Below, piece by piece: positions 1 to 10,033 of a stretch of DNA of 64,000 nucleotides (the stretch's first letter is position 1; each line of letters begins with the position of its first letter). The DNA lies in contig JAUVLV010000003.1 of assembly GCA_030600545.1 (NCBI GenBank), positions 12,186-76,185 on the forward strand, in the 5' to 3' direction. The DNA is from Candidatus Aegiribacteria sp. GTDB taxonomy: Bacteria > Fermentibacterota > Fermentibacteria > Fermentibacterales > JCC-6. A program made the translations under genes and the position numbers. The notes beneath the pieces were generated by a model. The model had not been told where the DNA came from. It saw only the letters and a program-made list of their open reading frames with translations, and did no database searches.

Positions 1-948
1 TGATGTAAGGATCGCGCGAGGATTGTATCCTGCTCTGCGTAGAAGCCAGAGAAGAAGAACCGTTTTGTCTCTGCATACACCTGAGAGTTCAGCCAGAGTT
101 TCCATGGGATTTCGGGGGGAGTAGCCAGGATCTTCTCCCCAGTTGCCGCTGAGGTACTCGATTTCCTCTGAAACCCAGCTGCAGAGGGCCTCCGGTTTAT
201 TTCCCGCGGCTGCGATGATTGAATCCGCTAAGGTTGTGTACTCAACCATGCAGTCTCTATCAAGAACGGAATAAAGCCCGCTGCTTACTTCTTCGGGAAG
301 GTGGCTTGATACAGTTACAAAGGGGCTGATGGAGGCAGGATCACAGGAGAAAGGCAGATGCGGAATCGAATTGCATGGACCGGATTCCCAGATCATGCAT
401 TCCGTCCGGTCATTTAGGGAATACGCCTGTTCTTCGAAATCTCCTTCGGATACGATGTGCAGTTCTCGAGAGGAAGGCCACAGTACCTTGAAAGTCCCGT
501 GGTGAATACTGTCCCTTGAGGCGGCATAGAAGGTGTACGAGTAGAAGTCAGCCATGGGAAGGTGCTCGATGCTGCGTATGATTTCAACCTTCAGCGTATC
601 ACCGATTTCGATTCCCGGAAACGCAATCGAAACTTCCCTTAGAGAACTTTCAAGTCTTCCGGCATGCAGAAGCGAGCTGTGAGGATCTTCCCTTACTATT
701 GCACTGTCATCCCTCCTGCCCGACCGCCAGTGGCTTATGGATGCGGTTACTTCCAGAGACTCCCATGTATTCCTGAAAGAGGCGGATATTTCACTGTAGC
801 GCTGCACACCTCTTGCAGTTAACGGAACTACGACTTCACTGGTGGTTTCAATGTAACCGGAATCGGGAGAGGAGCAGTCCAGCGTTACATGATGTTCAAT
901 GTAGACTGCATCGGGCGCTGAAATGATCAGGAACAGTAAAAGGGCCAA
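1..948 (-). CDS. Transglutaminase-like secreted protein, partial; only the N-terminal ~316 aa lie in the window and the C-terminus runs off the left edge
   Basis: The minus-strand frame is open from 948 down to position 1. An in-frame TTG at 946-948 is followed by a signal-peptide-like MALLLFLIISA. Near the window edge there is a GVCRDKTVLLLWLLRRAGYNPRAIL motif matching the transglutaminase-like Cys core (C-x-x-x-A-x-L-x-x-x-L-R-x-x-G-I/Y-P-A-R). The ORF track does not list it because it is truncated and uses a non-ATG start. Confidence 0.45.
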   Translation of the reverse strand, partial: MALLLFLIISAPDAVYIEHHVTLDCSSPDSGYIETTSEVVVPLTARGVQRYSEISASFRNTWESLEVTASISHWRSGRRDDSAIVREDPHSSLLHAGRLESSLREVSIAFPGIEIGDTLKVEIIRSIEHLPMADFYSYTFYAASRDSIHHGTFKVLWPSSRELHIVSEGDFEEQAYSLNDRTECMIWESGPCNSIPHLPFSCDPASISPFVTVSSHLPEEVSSGLYSVLDRDCMVEYTTLADSIIAAAGNKPEALCSWVSEEIEYLSGNWGEDPGYSPRNPMETLAELSGVCRDKTVLLLWLLRRAGYNPRAILTS

Positions 949-950
949 TA

Positions 951-1703
951 TCAGATGCTCCCGTCTGTCAGCTCCAGATCAGGTGGGGTTGCGCTGGAAG
1001 TCCTGTTGGAATCCAGCAGGGTCAGGCTGACCATTGCTTTGCTGAGAGCATCAACATCCGAATCCAGAGGGTCAACAACAGGTAGAGAACGGTATCTGTC
1101 GTAGGCGAAAACCCTTCCGGGTTCAAGGTGCCTGAAGGATATATCAGCTGCGAAACGGGCCATCTTCGTCCATTTCATGCCTGCTATTTCATCGAACTCA
1201 ACCTCAGGGACGTTGATATTCAGAATTGTACCTTCCGGTATTTTTTCAGCAATCCCTTGTTTCATAAGTGATTTAAGAACGGAAGATGCTGTTCTGAAGA
1301 AGGGATTCGCGTTGTCTGATGTCACCCGAACACTGATGGCAATGGAAGGAATATCCCATAACGCAGCCTCGGTAGCGGCCGCAACGGTTCCGGAGTAGAA
1401 GATATTGTTCGCGAGATTCGCGCCGGGATTGATTCCTGAAATCAGGAGGTCAGGTGGATTGTCCTTCATCACTTCCATTAGAGAGATCTTAACGCAGTCG
1501 GTAGGAGTGCCTTCAAGGGCCCATTTGCGAAAGCCTTCCTTCCGAAGTTCCATCGAGGAGTAAAGACCCAGTGCATGGCTTGTACCGCTGCAGTGGTGAA
1601 GTGGAGCTACAACCCAGATCTCGTGATCATCCTTCAGCAGATTTTCAAGCTCAAGTAGTCCGGGCTGGTCGTAACCGTCATCATTTGTAAGGAGTATTCT
1701 CAT
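951..1703 (-). CDS. surE: 5'/3'-nucleotidase SurE
   Basis: The N-terminus MRILLTNDDGY, followed by GINPGANL and YSGTVAAA, is the classic SurE signature. The true start is the internal ATG at 1701-1703; the longer ORF in the track would overlap the upstream outer-membrane protein gene. Confidence 0.85.
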   Translation of the reverse strand: MRILLTNDDGYDQPGLLELENLLKDDHEIWVVAPLHHCSGTSHALGLYSSMELRKEGFRKWALEGTPTDCVKISLMEVMKDNPPDLLISGINPGANLANNIFYSGTVAAATEAALWDIPSIAISVRVTSDNANPFFRTASSVLKSLMKQGIAEKIPEGTILNINVPEVEFDEIAGMKWTKMARFAADISFRHLEPGRVFAYDRYRSLPVVDPLDSDVDALSKAMVSLTLLDSNRTSSATPPDLELTDGSI

Positions 1704-1707
1704 GCCA

Positions 1708-2610
1708 TCACAGGGACTTATGAAGGGTAAACCGGTGTACGTTACCCAGTGAGTAATCGGCAGGAATAAAAGCGTAGTCAAGCGTCCAGCTTCCAGCGGA
1801 GAGACCGATGCCCGAAGTAAAGTCTCTTGAATCGTCAAGGAATCTCATTCCGAAGCGCAGTTTCAACCATCTCTGAGGTGTGTATTCAATCCCGCTACCG
1901 GCTGAGAGCGTGTTATCCAGGGGTTTTCTGACTTCCGCTGATAAGGCTGCATTTCCGAATGGTAAGTTGAAACTATATCTGCTGCCCAGTTTCCACGTGA
2001 AAGGAAGACGGAAATCATCTTCCACCATTGTGACTGAAGGCCCTATATGCTGCAGTGCGGCGGCCAGATCAAGATCTTTAAGCGGATGTATGACGACACC
2101 AGCGTCAAAAGCGATTCCTGTAGCGCTTTCCATCCATATTTTCTCACGGAGGAGTTTCATACCGATGCCAAGGTCGAATATTCCCAGTCTGATACCGGCT
2201 GCCGCATGAAAAGAAATATCCCATGCGGAAAATGTTGTGATGGGTTCGGAAGACGCTTCCTCCCTCATTTCGAGGTTCCCAACGTAAACAAATCGGGTTC
2301 CGAGAGCACATCCTACTCGATCGAGACTGAAATTCCAGGAAAGAAAGCTCTGTGTCGCGTCACCAAGCCACTGGTTATGACCCGCAGATATTGAGCCGGT
2401 ATCCATTGACGCAAGCATTGCAGGATTCGTAAAACCAGACAGACTTCCACTGTTAAGAAGACCTGTTCCGCCGAGTGCTGCCGCCCTTGCGCCGGGGTCA
2501 ATTTTAAGAAAGCTGAAAGCACCTGCACCGGCGTCACGGTAGACATCATCGGATGAGAAGACCGGGAACACCGCAAAAATCATAATTACAGCAAATAATA
2601 TTGTTTTCAT
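1708..2610 (-). CDS. Outer-membrane beta-barrel protein, PorV/PorQ/FadL-like
   Basis: Signal peptide MKTILFAVIMIFAVFPVFS. The N-terminal motif ARAAALGG...NPAMLA is typical of PorV/FadL-type outer-membrane proteins. Glycine/aromatic-rich strands and a C-terminal aromatic residue are consistent with a beta-barrel. Confidence 0.55.
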   Translation of the reverse strand: MKTILFAVIMIFAVFPVFSSDDVYRDAGAGAFSFLKIDPGARAAALGGTGLLNSGSLSGFTNPAMLASMDTGSISAGHNQWLGDATQSFLSWNFSLDRVGCALGTRFVYVGNLEMREEASSEPITTFSAWDISFHAAAGIRLGIFDLGIGMKLLREKIWMESATGIAFDAGVVIHPLKDLDLAAALQHIGPSVTMVEDDFRLPFTWKLGSRYSFNLPFGNAALSAEVRKPLDNTLSAGSGIEYTPQRWLKLRFGMRFLDDSRDFTSGIGLSAGSWTLDYAFIPADYSLGNVHRFTLHKSL

Positions 2611-2723
2611 GTATCACCATTCTGGATCAACCGTTAAATGTATTATCATTATCTAGCTTCTACCGCGCAAATTGACAATAGTTCCACATTCGGAAAGGGA
2701 AAAACAGGGAACCGGAGGTACTC

Positions 2724-3530
2724 TTGAAGGCTGTGCATTTTGCTACTGGAGAACACGAAGGAGTATGGAACATGGCCTTCGACAGGCTGATTATGGAGCT
2801 TGTCAGGGAAAACAGGTGGGATTTTGTTCTAAGAACCTACGGATGGGATCCTGCATGCGTTTCGATCGGCAAGCTCCAGACAATTCGTCGTGAGATTGAC
2901 TCAGAGAAGCTTATTGGCGACGGTTACGGGCTGGTGCGAAGGCCGACAGGCGGCAGAGCGGTATGGCATGAAACGGAATTAACATACAGTATAGTTGCCA
3001 GATTGGATCATCCCATGGTATCAGGTTCCATAAGCGAAGCACTGAAAAAAACAGCCATTCCTATGGTAAATGCTATGAATTCCCTTGGAATAGAAGTTGC
3101 TGTAAGTCCACTGGAGAAGCACAGGGCGGGCGGCCCGAGAACTGCAGGCAATCCATGCTTTACTTCACATGGCAAATGGGAAGTTGGAACCACTGACGGA
3201 AGGAAACTGGTTGGCAGCGCACAGGCTCGTAGCCGTGGAGTATTCCTTGAGCATGGTTCCATCCTCTTTGAAAACGATCAGCTGAAGATACTGGACTATC
3301 TTCCGAAGGATACTCCGCAGCGGTTGAAGGAGATCATCAGGCACCAGCTTGCCGATGGTATCGCTTGCGTGCATGAGTTCAGACCGAACCTTGAAATGAG
3401 TGATATGCAGAATGCACTCCATGAATCCTTCTCTTATATTCTGACGGTAGACCTTGAATACTTGCCCTTCAAAGAACTTGAAGGAAAACGTCTGAGCGAA
3501 CTTGAATATGAATGCAGAAATGACCTATAA
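2724..3530 (+). CDS. Lipoate-protein ligase / octanoyltransferase family protein (BPL/LplA/LipB catalytic domain only, LipM-like)
   Basis: It has the GRKLVGSAQ lysine motif and RRPTGGRAVWH, and at 268 aa it lacks the LplA C-terminal domain. It overlaps lipA by 29 nt. Confidence 0.7.
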   Translation: MKAVHFATGEHEGVWNMAFDRLIMELVRENRWDFVLRTYGWDPACVSIGKLQTIRREIDSEKLIGDGYGLVRRPTGGRAVWHETELTYSIVARLDHPMVSGSISEALKKTAIPMVNAMNSLGIEVAVSPLEKHRAGGPRTAGNPCFTSHGKWEVGTTDGRKLVGSAQARSRGVFLEHGSILFENDQLKILDYLPKDTPQRLKEIIRHQLADGIACVHEFRPNLEMSDMQNALHESFSYILTVDLEYLPFKELEGKRLSELEYECRNDL

Positions 3531-4395
3531 GAAGAAACCTTCCTGGCTCAGAATGCCGACAATGGGATCGGAAGAGGCCGCTAAAGTCAGATCAATTCTC
3601 AGAAAATACAGCCTTGATACCGTCTGCAGACAGGCGAAATGCCCGAATCTCGGGCATTGTTTCCAGCGTGGAACTGCGACTTTCCTGATCCTTGGGAATC
3701 GATGCACAAGATCATGCCGGTACTGCGCCATTGAGCATAGCGAAGGCACTCTTGATCCACCCGATGCAAATGAGCCTGGCAGGATCGCTGAGGCTTCAGC
3801 GGAGATGAATCTCAGGTACGTTGTTATTACATCTGTGACCAGGGACGATCTGCGGGATGGCGGAGCAGGGCATTTTGCAGGAACCGTTGAAGCTGTAAGA
3901 AGGAAGATCCCCGGAGTGAGAATAGAGGTTCTCACACCGGATTTCCAGGGAAGCGAAGATGCTCTCAGGACAATTGCGAATTCAGAACCTGACGTATTCA
4001 ATCACAATCTGGAAACTGTTGAGCGACTGTTTCCCGATATAAGGCCTGAAGCTTCCTACGGAATGTCACTTGATGTGATCGAACTTTACGGCAGACTTTC
4101 CCCCTCTACCCCCCGCAAAAGCGGGCTGATGCTTGGACTGGGAGAAACGGAAAAGGAGATCATTATCGCACTCAAGAATTTAAGGGAAAGTGGTGTTACG
4201 ATGCTCACGCTCGGGCAGTACCTGCAGCCTTCGCGATTGCACTGGCCTGTAGACAGATATCTGACGCCGGATGAATTCGAAGCATGGAGAGATGAAGCAC
4301 TAACCATGGGTTTTGTTTCGGTTGCGTCCGGCCCGCTTGTAAGAAGTTCTTTTCACGCTGATGAGAACTTCGTAATGGGGGCCAAAAAATCTTGA
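3502..4395 (+). CDS. lipA: Lipoyl synthase
   Basis: Two clusters are present: CPNLGHC and the radical-SAM CTRSCRYC. Similarity extends along the whole protein. Confidence 0.9.
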   Translation: MNMNAEMTYKKKPSWLRMPTMGSEEAAKVRSILRKYSLDTVCRQAKCPNLGHCFQRGTATFLILGNRCTRSCRYCAIEHSEGTLDPPDANEPGRIAEASAEMNLRYVVITSVTRDDLRDGGAGHFAGTVEAVRRKIPGVRIEVLTPDFQGSEDALRTIANSEPDVFNHNLETVERLFPDIRPEASYGMSLDVIELYGRLSPSTPRKSGLMLGLGETEKEIIIALKNLRESGVTMLTLGQYLQPSRLHWPVDRYLTPDEFEAWRDEALTMGFVSVASGPLVRSSFHADENFVMGAKKS

Positions 4396-4443
4396 CCTGA
4401 GACACCTCATGCAAGATTATTTATGGCCCCAGGGAAGGTAAAG

Positions 4444-5934
4444 ATGAAAAAAATAGTATTGCTTCTGTTTGTTCTTGCAGTTCTGGCAATCACTCTATCC
4501 TGCAGCAAAAGCGAAGCCTCAGATCCTCAGATAAACGCAGAACAGGTAAGCACTGAAGAAGAGAACATGGAAGAGGCCGCTCTTGAGGATTCCCCAAGCG
4601 CGTTTCTCGAACTATGCTACGCAACTTCTGTCAATATGCCTGAAAATCAGTTTGGCCCAGAAAATGTGTTCGACAATGACCCGAATACCAGCTGGGTCAC
4701 CATGCCCGGCGCAGCCCCGGGCGAAGGGCTTTTCTTCTCCTTTGAAAAACCTATAGACATAGATGCTATCAGCATAAAAACCCTTCCGGGAAGCAGCGAT
4801 ATTCAAGAAATTGCCTATTTTCAACTGTACATAAACGGATTGGAAACCCCTATCCACAGAGCTGTTGAGGAGACCATTCCTGTCAACACCATGGTTAAGA
4901 GCATATTTGTACGGATCGGTGGCACTAGAATTTTGTCGTCGGAAGAATACCCCCCAAGAGACGGAATTAGTTATACAGGCAGTTTGCCTGTGGGTATCAG
5001 CAAAATAACCATTCTGGTTGCCAACGAAGACGGCGATGAAGTTCCTCTGCGAGTTCTGCCAATTGGAAAATCCAGTGGAAGCATACAAGCCAGTTCCTCC
5101 CTCGATCCCATAGAAGCCTATAATCCGGATTTCCTCTTTGATTCGCGTTCGGACTTCGGCTGGGCCGATGGCAATACAGAGATTACCGGTGCAGGAGAAA
5201 ATCTGTCATTCATTTTTGATCAGACTCAGCGCATCGAAAAAATTAAAATATGGAACGGTTACCATCGATCCCAGACACATTTTGATCAAAATGAACGGGC
5301 AGCTGCTATTTCCTTCGGAGTTGAAGGCGGGGACGCACCGGTATACCGGCTTGCCGACACCATGGAACCGCAGGTGATAACCCTGGACACGCCGCTTGAG
5401 GGCCGCAGTTTTGCGATGGATATACTCGAGATATACGAAGGTGTAACCTACAAGGACCTTGTGATAAGTGAACTGCGCTTCTTTAACGGAGAGGAATGGT
5501 TTGTGCTTGATTCCTTCGATCGTGAAACGCGAAAGCGCGACTTGCTGGAGTGGGCACAAAATACTTATGCTGAAGCCTTTATTGACAAACAGGTATATGC
5601 CAGCTATTACGATGATGGATATTATACACAATCCTTTATTCTGCGTTCAAACGGAAGTTTTATCCTCTGGAAGAACGGAGATGCAGATGATGGCAAGGTA
5701 ACCATTATGTACGCTGATGGTAACTGGCAGATCATTGACGATAACACGGTCAGGATATTTGGAAGGCTGCATAGAATCGGGCGTTACTCGCAAGATTCCT
5801 ATAATCCATATGCCGGAGTACAACCAAATCAGGAGCCAGACTTGGATCGCATAACAATCTTCACTGATGTCCTGCAATTCGACAGCAGCCGAATTTCCAG
5901 TGACCGGGGGATGTTCGAAGACTTTGTATTTTAG
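4444..5934 (+). CDS. Lipoprotein with an F5/8-type-C (discoidin)-like domain
   Basis: Lipobox LAITLSC after MKKIVLLLFVLAV. The discoidin-like motif FDNDPNTSWVT is present, with a second weaker repeat FDSRSDFGWADGNT. Confidence 0.55.
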   Translation: MKKIVLLLFVLAVLAITLSCSKSEASDPQINAEQVSTEEENMEEAALEDSPSAFLELCYATSVNMPENQFGPENVFDNDPNTSWVTMPGAAPGEGLFFSFEKPIDIDAISIKTLPGSSDIQEIAYFQLYINGLETPIHRAVEETIPVNTMVKSIFVRIGGTRILSSEEYPPRDGISYTGSLPVGISKITILVANEDGDEVPLRVLPIGKSSGSIQASSSLDPIEAYNPDFLFDSRSDFGWADGNTEITGAGENLSFIFDQTQRIEKIKIWNGYHRSQTHFDQNERAAAISFGVEGGDAPVYRLADTMEPQVITLDTPLEGRSFAMDILEIYEGVTYKDLVISELRFFNGEEWFVLDSFDRETRKRDLLEWAQNTYAEAFIDKQVYASYYDDGYYTQSFILRSNGSFILWKNGDADDGKVTIMYADGNWQIIDDNTVRIFGRLHRIGRYSQDSYNPYAGVQPNQEPDLDRITIFTDVLQFDSSRISSDRGMFEDFVF

Positions 5935-5946
5935 CGATGCCTTGAT

Positions 5947-7638
5947 GTGACGCGTACTAATAATAGATGGCTGGCCTATATTGCCCTGCTGATAATTCTG
6001 ACGGGGATTCTCATCGGCAGCGGCCTTCAGGCGCTCAACCGGACTGAGTACGCAAACGGTTGGGATGGTTATTATTACCTGATCCAGGTGCAGTCGCTGA
6101 ACAACACTGGCGCTATGCATTCCCCTGAGTATTCCCCGGTTTATCTGCTGCTTATAGCCTTGTACGCCATTACGGGAAATTACATCACATCGTACAAAAT
6201 CAGCGCAGTACTGATAGAATCCATCTTTGTTTTATCGGTGTTCACTTTGGGCTTCTCTTTACTCAAGTCGCAACCCAATGTCGACAGGCGCACAGCATTT
6301 TTTACCGCCCTCATCGCAGGCGCCCTGTCGGCAATGAGCCCCTCATTGAATTACTTTTTTACCCAGTTCCCCAAGAACCTGCTGGGCTTTGCTTTGTTCT
6401 TTTTCTTCATGGCTTCGGTATACAGTACCAGCCGCGTCTGGAAAAGCCGGCAATCTCCTTCTTCTCATCAGAAAATATCAAAAAGAGGTTTGATTGCGAA
6501 AATACTCGGAGTACTGCTGCTTTTTTTGGCGACCTTTTTTACTCACCGCTTTACCGCGGTACTCTCTCTATGCTTCCTCTTGCTGTATTTTGCCCCTTCG
6601 GTAAAGCACCTGTTCCAATATATATGGACAGATAAGAAGCGTGAGCCGGGTAATGCCGCCACATCCCGGCTGCGAAAATATTTGAGAAAATCACTTCGGT
6701 TCCTCATCCTGCTCATACCTTTCATGGCACTTTTAGCTCTCTCCCACAGACTCCACATGGTTCTTTCATTTTATGATCTGGAAATAATCACGAGCGATTT
6801 TTCTCTCAGACCAATTTTTGTACCAGTATCGTTCATACAGTACTTTGGTGCTTTCAGGCTTTCAGGACCCTGGATCGTAGAAATCTTTCTTGCCAGCGCC
6901 TTGCCGCTTATAACAGGCGCACTGCTGCTCAGCAAGCATAGATTCAGCTTCCTGCGCCTTGGCAGGGAATATTACATACTGATCATCATTGGCCTCACAG
7001 GATTATTCCCCTTCTTCAGGTTTTCGCTCACGGGTCTTTCCTACAGACTCTTCTATGGTTCACTGCTGATCTTTCCCCTGATCTGTATCCCATACATACG
7101 CTTCGGAGTACAAAAGATCCTTCACTTCCGACATGAAGAGAGGGTATTGCGGCAGGAGGCAATGCTCGTGCTGCTCTTTGTGGCACTGCTGGCCTTTTCT
7201 TTGTACACGGGCAAATCCTACAATCCCGAGCTGCATGACCCTCCCTACGCATTTTATGAAGAACTTGCTGCAAAGACTATTTTGTCTTTAGCCGATGTTG
7301 ACTACGAACTCATCATCGCCCATAAAGCACTCGCTGAAATGATCACCTATACCTTCGAAGTTGATGCCCTGCCATGGACACCGGAGGAGTACTTCCCCCG
7401 CGAGCGGGTCTGGCGGATAACAGCGGGTATCCTGCAGGATGAGGTTGCAATGTATCTCAGCCCCGAACTGGCCGAGCAATATTTTTTGCCCCTGAGCTGG
7501 GACTACGCGCTCATGCGTGAAGATCATTGGGAAGTTTTTTTGCGGAGTATTGCCAGCGAGCCTGTGATGCTGGAAGCGGTTCGCACCTGGCGCAATCCTC
7601 ATGAACAAAGACCGGCATACATGATGAAAGGCAAGTGA
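5947..7638 (+). CDS. Polytopic integral membrane protein with 12 or more predicted TM helices and a C-terminal soluble domain (possible GT-C-fold glycosyltransferase)
   Basis: The start codon is GTG. The N-terminal ~400 aa are strongly hydrophobic with many helices, followed by a hydrophilic ~160-aa tail. Confidence 0.5.
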   Translation: MTRTNNRWLAYIALLIILTGILIGSGLQALNRTEYANGWDGYYYLIQVQSLNNTGAMHSPEYSPVYLLLIALYAITGNYITSYKISAVLIESIFVLSVFTLGFSLLKSQPNVDRRTAFFTALIAGALSAMSPSLNYFFTQFPKNLLGFALFFFFMASVYSTSRVWKSRQSPSSHQKISKRGLIAKILGVLLLFLATFFTHRFTAVLSLCFLLLYFAPSVKHLFQYIWTDKKREPGNAATSRLRKYLRKSLRFLILLIPFMALLALSHRLHMVLSFYDLEIITSDFSLRPIFVPVSFIQYFGAFRLSGPWIVEIFLASALPLITGALLLSKHRFSFLRLGREYYILIIIGLTGLFPFFRFSLTGLSYRLFYGSLLIFPLICIPYIRFGVQKILHFRHEERVLRQEAMLVLLFVALLAFSLYTGKSYNPELHDPPYAFYEELAAKTILSLADVDYELIIAHKALAEMITYTFEVDALPWTPEEYFPRERVWRITAGILQDEVAMYLSPELAEQYFLPLSWDYALMREDHWEVFLRSIASEPVMLEAVRTWRNPHEQRPAYMMKGK

Positions 7639-7665
7639 TACTTCCCCCGGATATTTAGATGTTCC

Positions 7666-8220
7666 TTACGTCTGTTCCGGTTCCCAGAATTTGTAGCTTC
7701 TAATCGAATGAACAGATTCGCGGTCGAAGGTCAGAAGTCCGATTTCCTTTACCCATCCCTGTATTGGAAGATTGATTATATCCATGCATGTATTGATAGC
7801 TTTCGGCACTTCTTCAGTCTGAAGCCCAAGAGTGAGTGAACAGTGAGGGACCCAGGAGTCCGGACGGTAGAACACCTCTGAAAATTCTTTCATTTCCTTG
7901 AAAATTCTGTACAGCTGATCGTGTACGATTATGAGTGAAGGAGTGAAAACCGGGCCGAGAAACACCGTTCCACTTTTGGGTCCGAATGTAGCTATTGAAG
8001 AAAAGGTAACAGGAAATGCCCTGTGGGTCTGGGCGAAATCCGAAATATCATCAAGTATTAGATCAGTTTCAAGATCCTCCCATATAGCAAGTGTCAGATG
8101 AGGCTTGCCGCCGGACCTCAGAAGAGGTGATGAAAATCCCCTTGTTCGAAGAATGCTCCATGTCCGTCTTATGGTATTTTCGGTTTCGCTGTCAAGAAAA
8201 AGACATATATCACAAGCCAT
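7666..8220 (-). CDS. 2H phosphoesterase superfamily protein (LigT-like 2'-5' RNA ligase / cyclic phosphodiesterase)
   Basis: Two H-x-T/S-x motifs (HLTLA and HCSLT) occur at the spacing expected for the 2H fold, in a 184-aa protein. Confidence 0.6.
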   Translation of the reverse strand: MACDICLFLDSETENTIRRTWSILRTRGFSSPLLRSGGKPHLTLAIWEDLETDLILDDISDFAQTHRAFPVTFSSIATFGPKSGTVFLGPVFTPSLIIVHDQLYRIFKEMKEFSEVFYRPDSWVPHCSLTLGLQTEEVPKAINTCMDIINLPIQGWVKEIGLLTFDRESVHSIRSYKFWEPEQT

Positions 8221-8287
8221 TGAATGTCACTTCCATTTATATCCCCCTGATTGCACTGCAAGTCATCCACTGCATATGTTTGCATAT

Positions 8288-9268
8288 ATGGTAAATAATA
8301 GTTTAAGTGAATATACGCACGGAGTGGTCCTTGCGCCGATGGCAGGCACGACCGACTCCGCCTTCAGGCGGATATGCCGCCGCATGGGGGCTACTGCGGT
8401 AGTGACTGAAATGGTCGCAGCCGCGGGACTGTCAAGAAGGTCAGTAAAATCACACAAGCTTCTTTGTTTTCATGTGGAGGAAGAACCGATAGGAGTTCAG
8501 CTCTTCGGGAGCAGACCCAAAGATTTTGAGGAGGCAGCCGAGATAGTGTCTGGTCTGGGTTTTGCTTTCATAGATATCAACGCTGGCTGCCCGGTGAAAA
8601 AGGTCGTAAGAAATGGTTCCGGTTCAGCCCTTCTTAGGAATATTCCAACTCTGGCTGCCATAGTAAGGGCTGTTTCATCGCATACGTCTTTGCCTGTAAC
8701 TGTGAAGATACGTACAGGCTGGTCACCTGCGGAACCTGTTCCGGAATGTTTGCCCGGTATACTAGCTGATGAGGGTGCTGCTGCAATTGCTGTTCATGGA
8801 AGGTACAGAACGGATATGTTCTCTGGAAAGGTAAGGAAATCGGAGATTGAGCGGATCGTAAGAAATTCGCCGATTCCCGTTATCGCAAACGGTGATTCAG
8901 AAAATGTTTTCGTTGCGCTTGATCTCATAGATTCAACCGGGGCAGCGGGATTGATGGTTGGAAGAGGCGCACTGGGCAATCCCTGGATTTTCAGGGGGCT
9001 TACCGGCAAACCGGAAGATGCCTTTCCTCTGCCAGGGGAGGTTGTATCCGTAATACAGCAGCAGTACGAAATGATGAGTGAGTATATTCCGGAGAATCAC
9101 CTCTATCATATCCTGAGGGGCCAGCTTCTTCACTACATAAAAGGATTCAGAGGCGCTTCCGAACTTCGCAGAAAAGCAACAGGGGTGGATTCCATGGAAG
9201 ATCTGTCAGATATTCTATATGAACTTGAGCAACTGCTTAACCTTGAAAGGCAGCGGAGTAATGATTAA
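8288..9268 (+). CDS. dusB: tRNA-dihydrouridine synthase
   Basis: Dus signatures VLAPMAGTTD and CPVKKV are present, with a TIM-barrel FMN-binding pattern. The start was moved to an internal ATG because the longer ORF overlaps the divergent upstream gene. Confidence 0.8.
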   Translation: MVNNSLSEYTHGVVLAPMAGTTDSAFRRICRRMGATAVVTEMVAAAGLSRRSVKSHKLLCFHVEEEPIGVQLFGSRPKDFEEAAEIVSGLGFAFIDINAGCPVKKVVRNGSGSALLRNIPTLAAIVRAVSSHTSLPVTVKIRTGWSPAEPVPECLPGILADEGAAAIAVHGRYRTDMFSGKVRKSEIERIVRNSPIPVIANGDSENVFVALDLIDSTGAAGLMVGRGALGNPWIFRGLTGKPEDAFPLPGEVVSVIQQQYEMMSEYIPENHLYHILRGQLLHYIKGFRGASELRRKATGVDSMEDLSDILYELEQLLNLERQRSND

Positions 9269-10016
9269 AACAGCTGAAGCGCTTATTGCATTATCTGCAA
9301 TTCTGGTTTTATCCTGTGGAGCTTCAGAATCCGTTATCCTTCTGGATAGTACCCGATTTGTGCTCGATGAACGCTGCAGATATACATGGCAAAATGACGA
9401 CGGATGGGCTTTCATAGCCTGGGCGATAGATATTGAAGGTGGAGCTGAGATACTTGCGATGCAGTCAGGTTATAATCTTTCAGAGAAACCGGAGACTGGA
9501 GAAGAAATAACACTGCCTCTTCCGGAAGAGTTTTCCGAAGCCCTTGAGAACCGTCTTGAGTCCGCAAGGGCAGTAAGGCAGGCAACCAATTTAATTGAAA
9601 CAGGAGATACAGTGCTGGCCCGGAATATTCTGGAGGAGGCAATTGAAAAGGATCCTTCATGGTCTATTCCTGCTTATAACCTTTCTCTTATCTTGCTCAG
9701 GCAGGAAGGTCCCGAAGCTGTACTTGAGCTGCTTCAGCCAATTGCCTATAAATACGATGCAGCACTGATTCAATCAGAGATATTCTGGAACAGCGGCGAT
9801 TCAGATAAAGCGCTGAGGCAACTTGAGATATGCCTGATGGACGAATCCCCTCCCTTCGAAGCTCTTGCGGCAGCTGCACTGATTTACACTGTAACCGGCA
9901 ATTATTACCAGGCCTCCGGAATCTGGAGAGAGATACTGGCAAGTCCTGAAGCAGACGCTTCAATCAGGCTCATGGCTGTTAAATACGCCATCATTTATGA
10001 ACAACGTAACAGATGA
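9261..10016 (+). CDS. TPR-repeat lipoprotein
   Basis: MIKTAEALIALSAILVLSCG is a signal peptide with a lipobox. TPR-like helical repeats follow (ARNILEEAIEKDPSWSIPAYNLSL...). Confidence 0.45.
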   Translation: MIKTAEALIALSAILVLSCGASESVILLDSTRFVLDERCRYTWQNDDGWAFIAWAIDIEGGAEILAMQSGYNLSEKPETGEEITLPLPEEFSEALENRLESARAVRQATNLIETGDTVLARNILEEAIEKDPSWSIPAYNLSLILLRQEGPEAVLELLQPIAYKYDAALIQSEIFWNSGDSDKALRQLEICLMDESPPFEALAAAALIYTVTGNYYQASGIWREILASPEADASIRLMAVKYAIIYEQRNR

Positions 10017-10033
10017 GCTTGATTCGTTATTTG

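Noticed and set aside
8105-8287. Extended N-terminus of the dus ORF
   Set aside because: It overlaps the divergent LigT-like gene and lacks Dus homology. An internal ATG at 8288 gives the conserved N-terminus.
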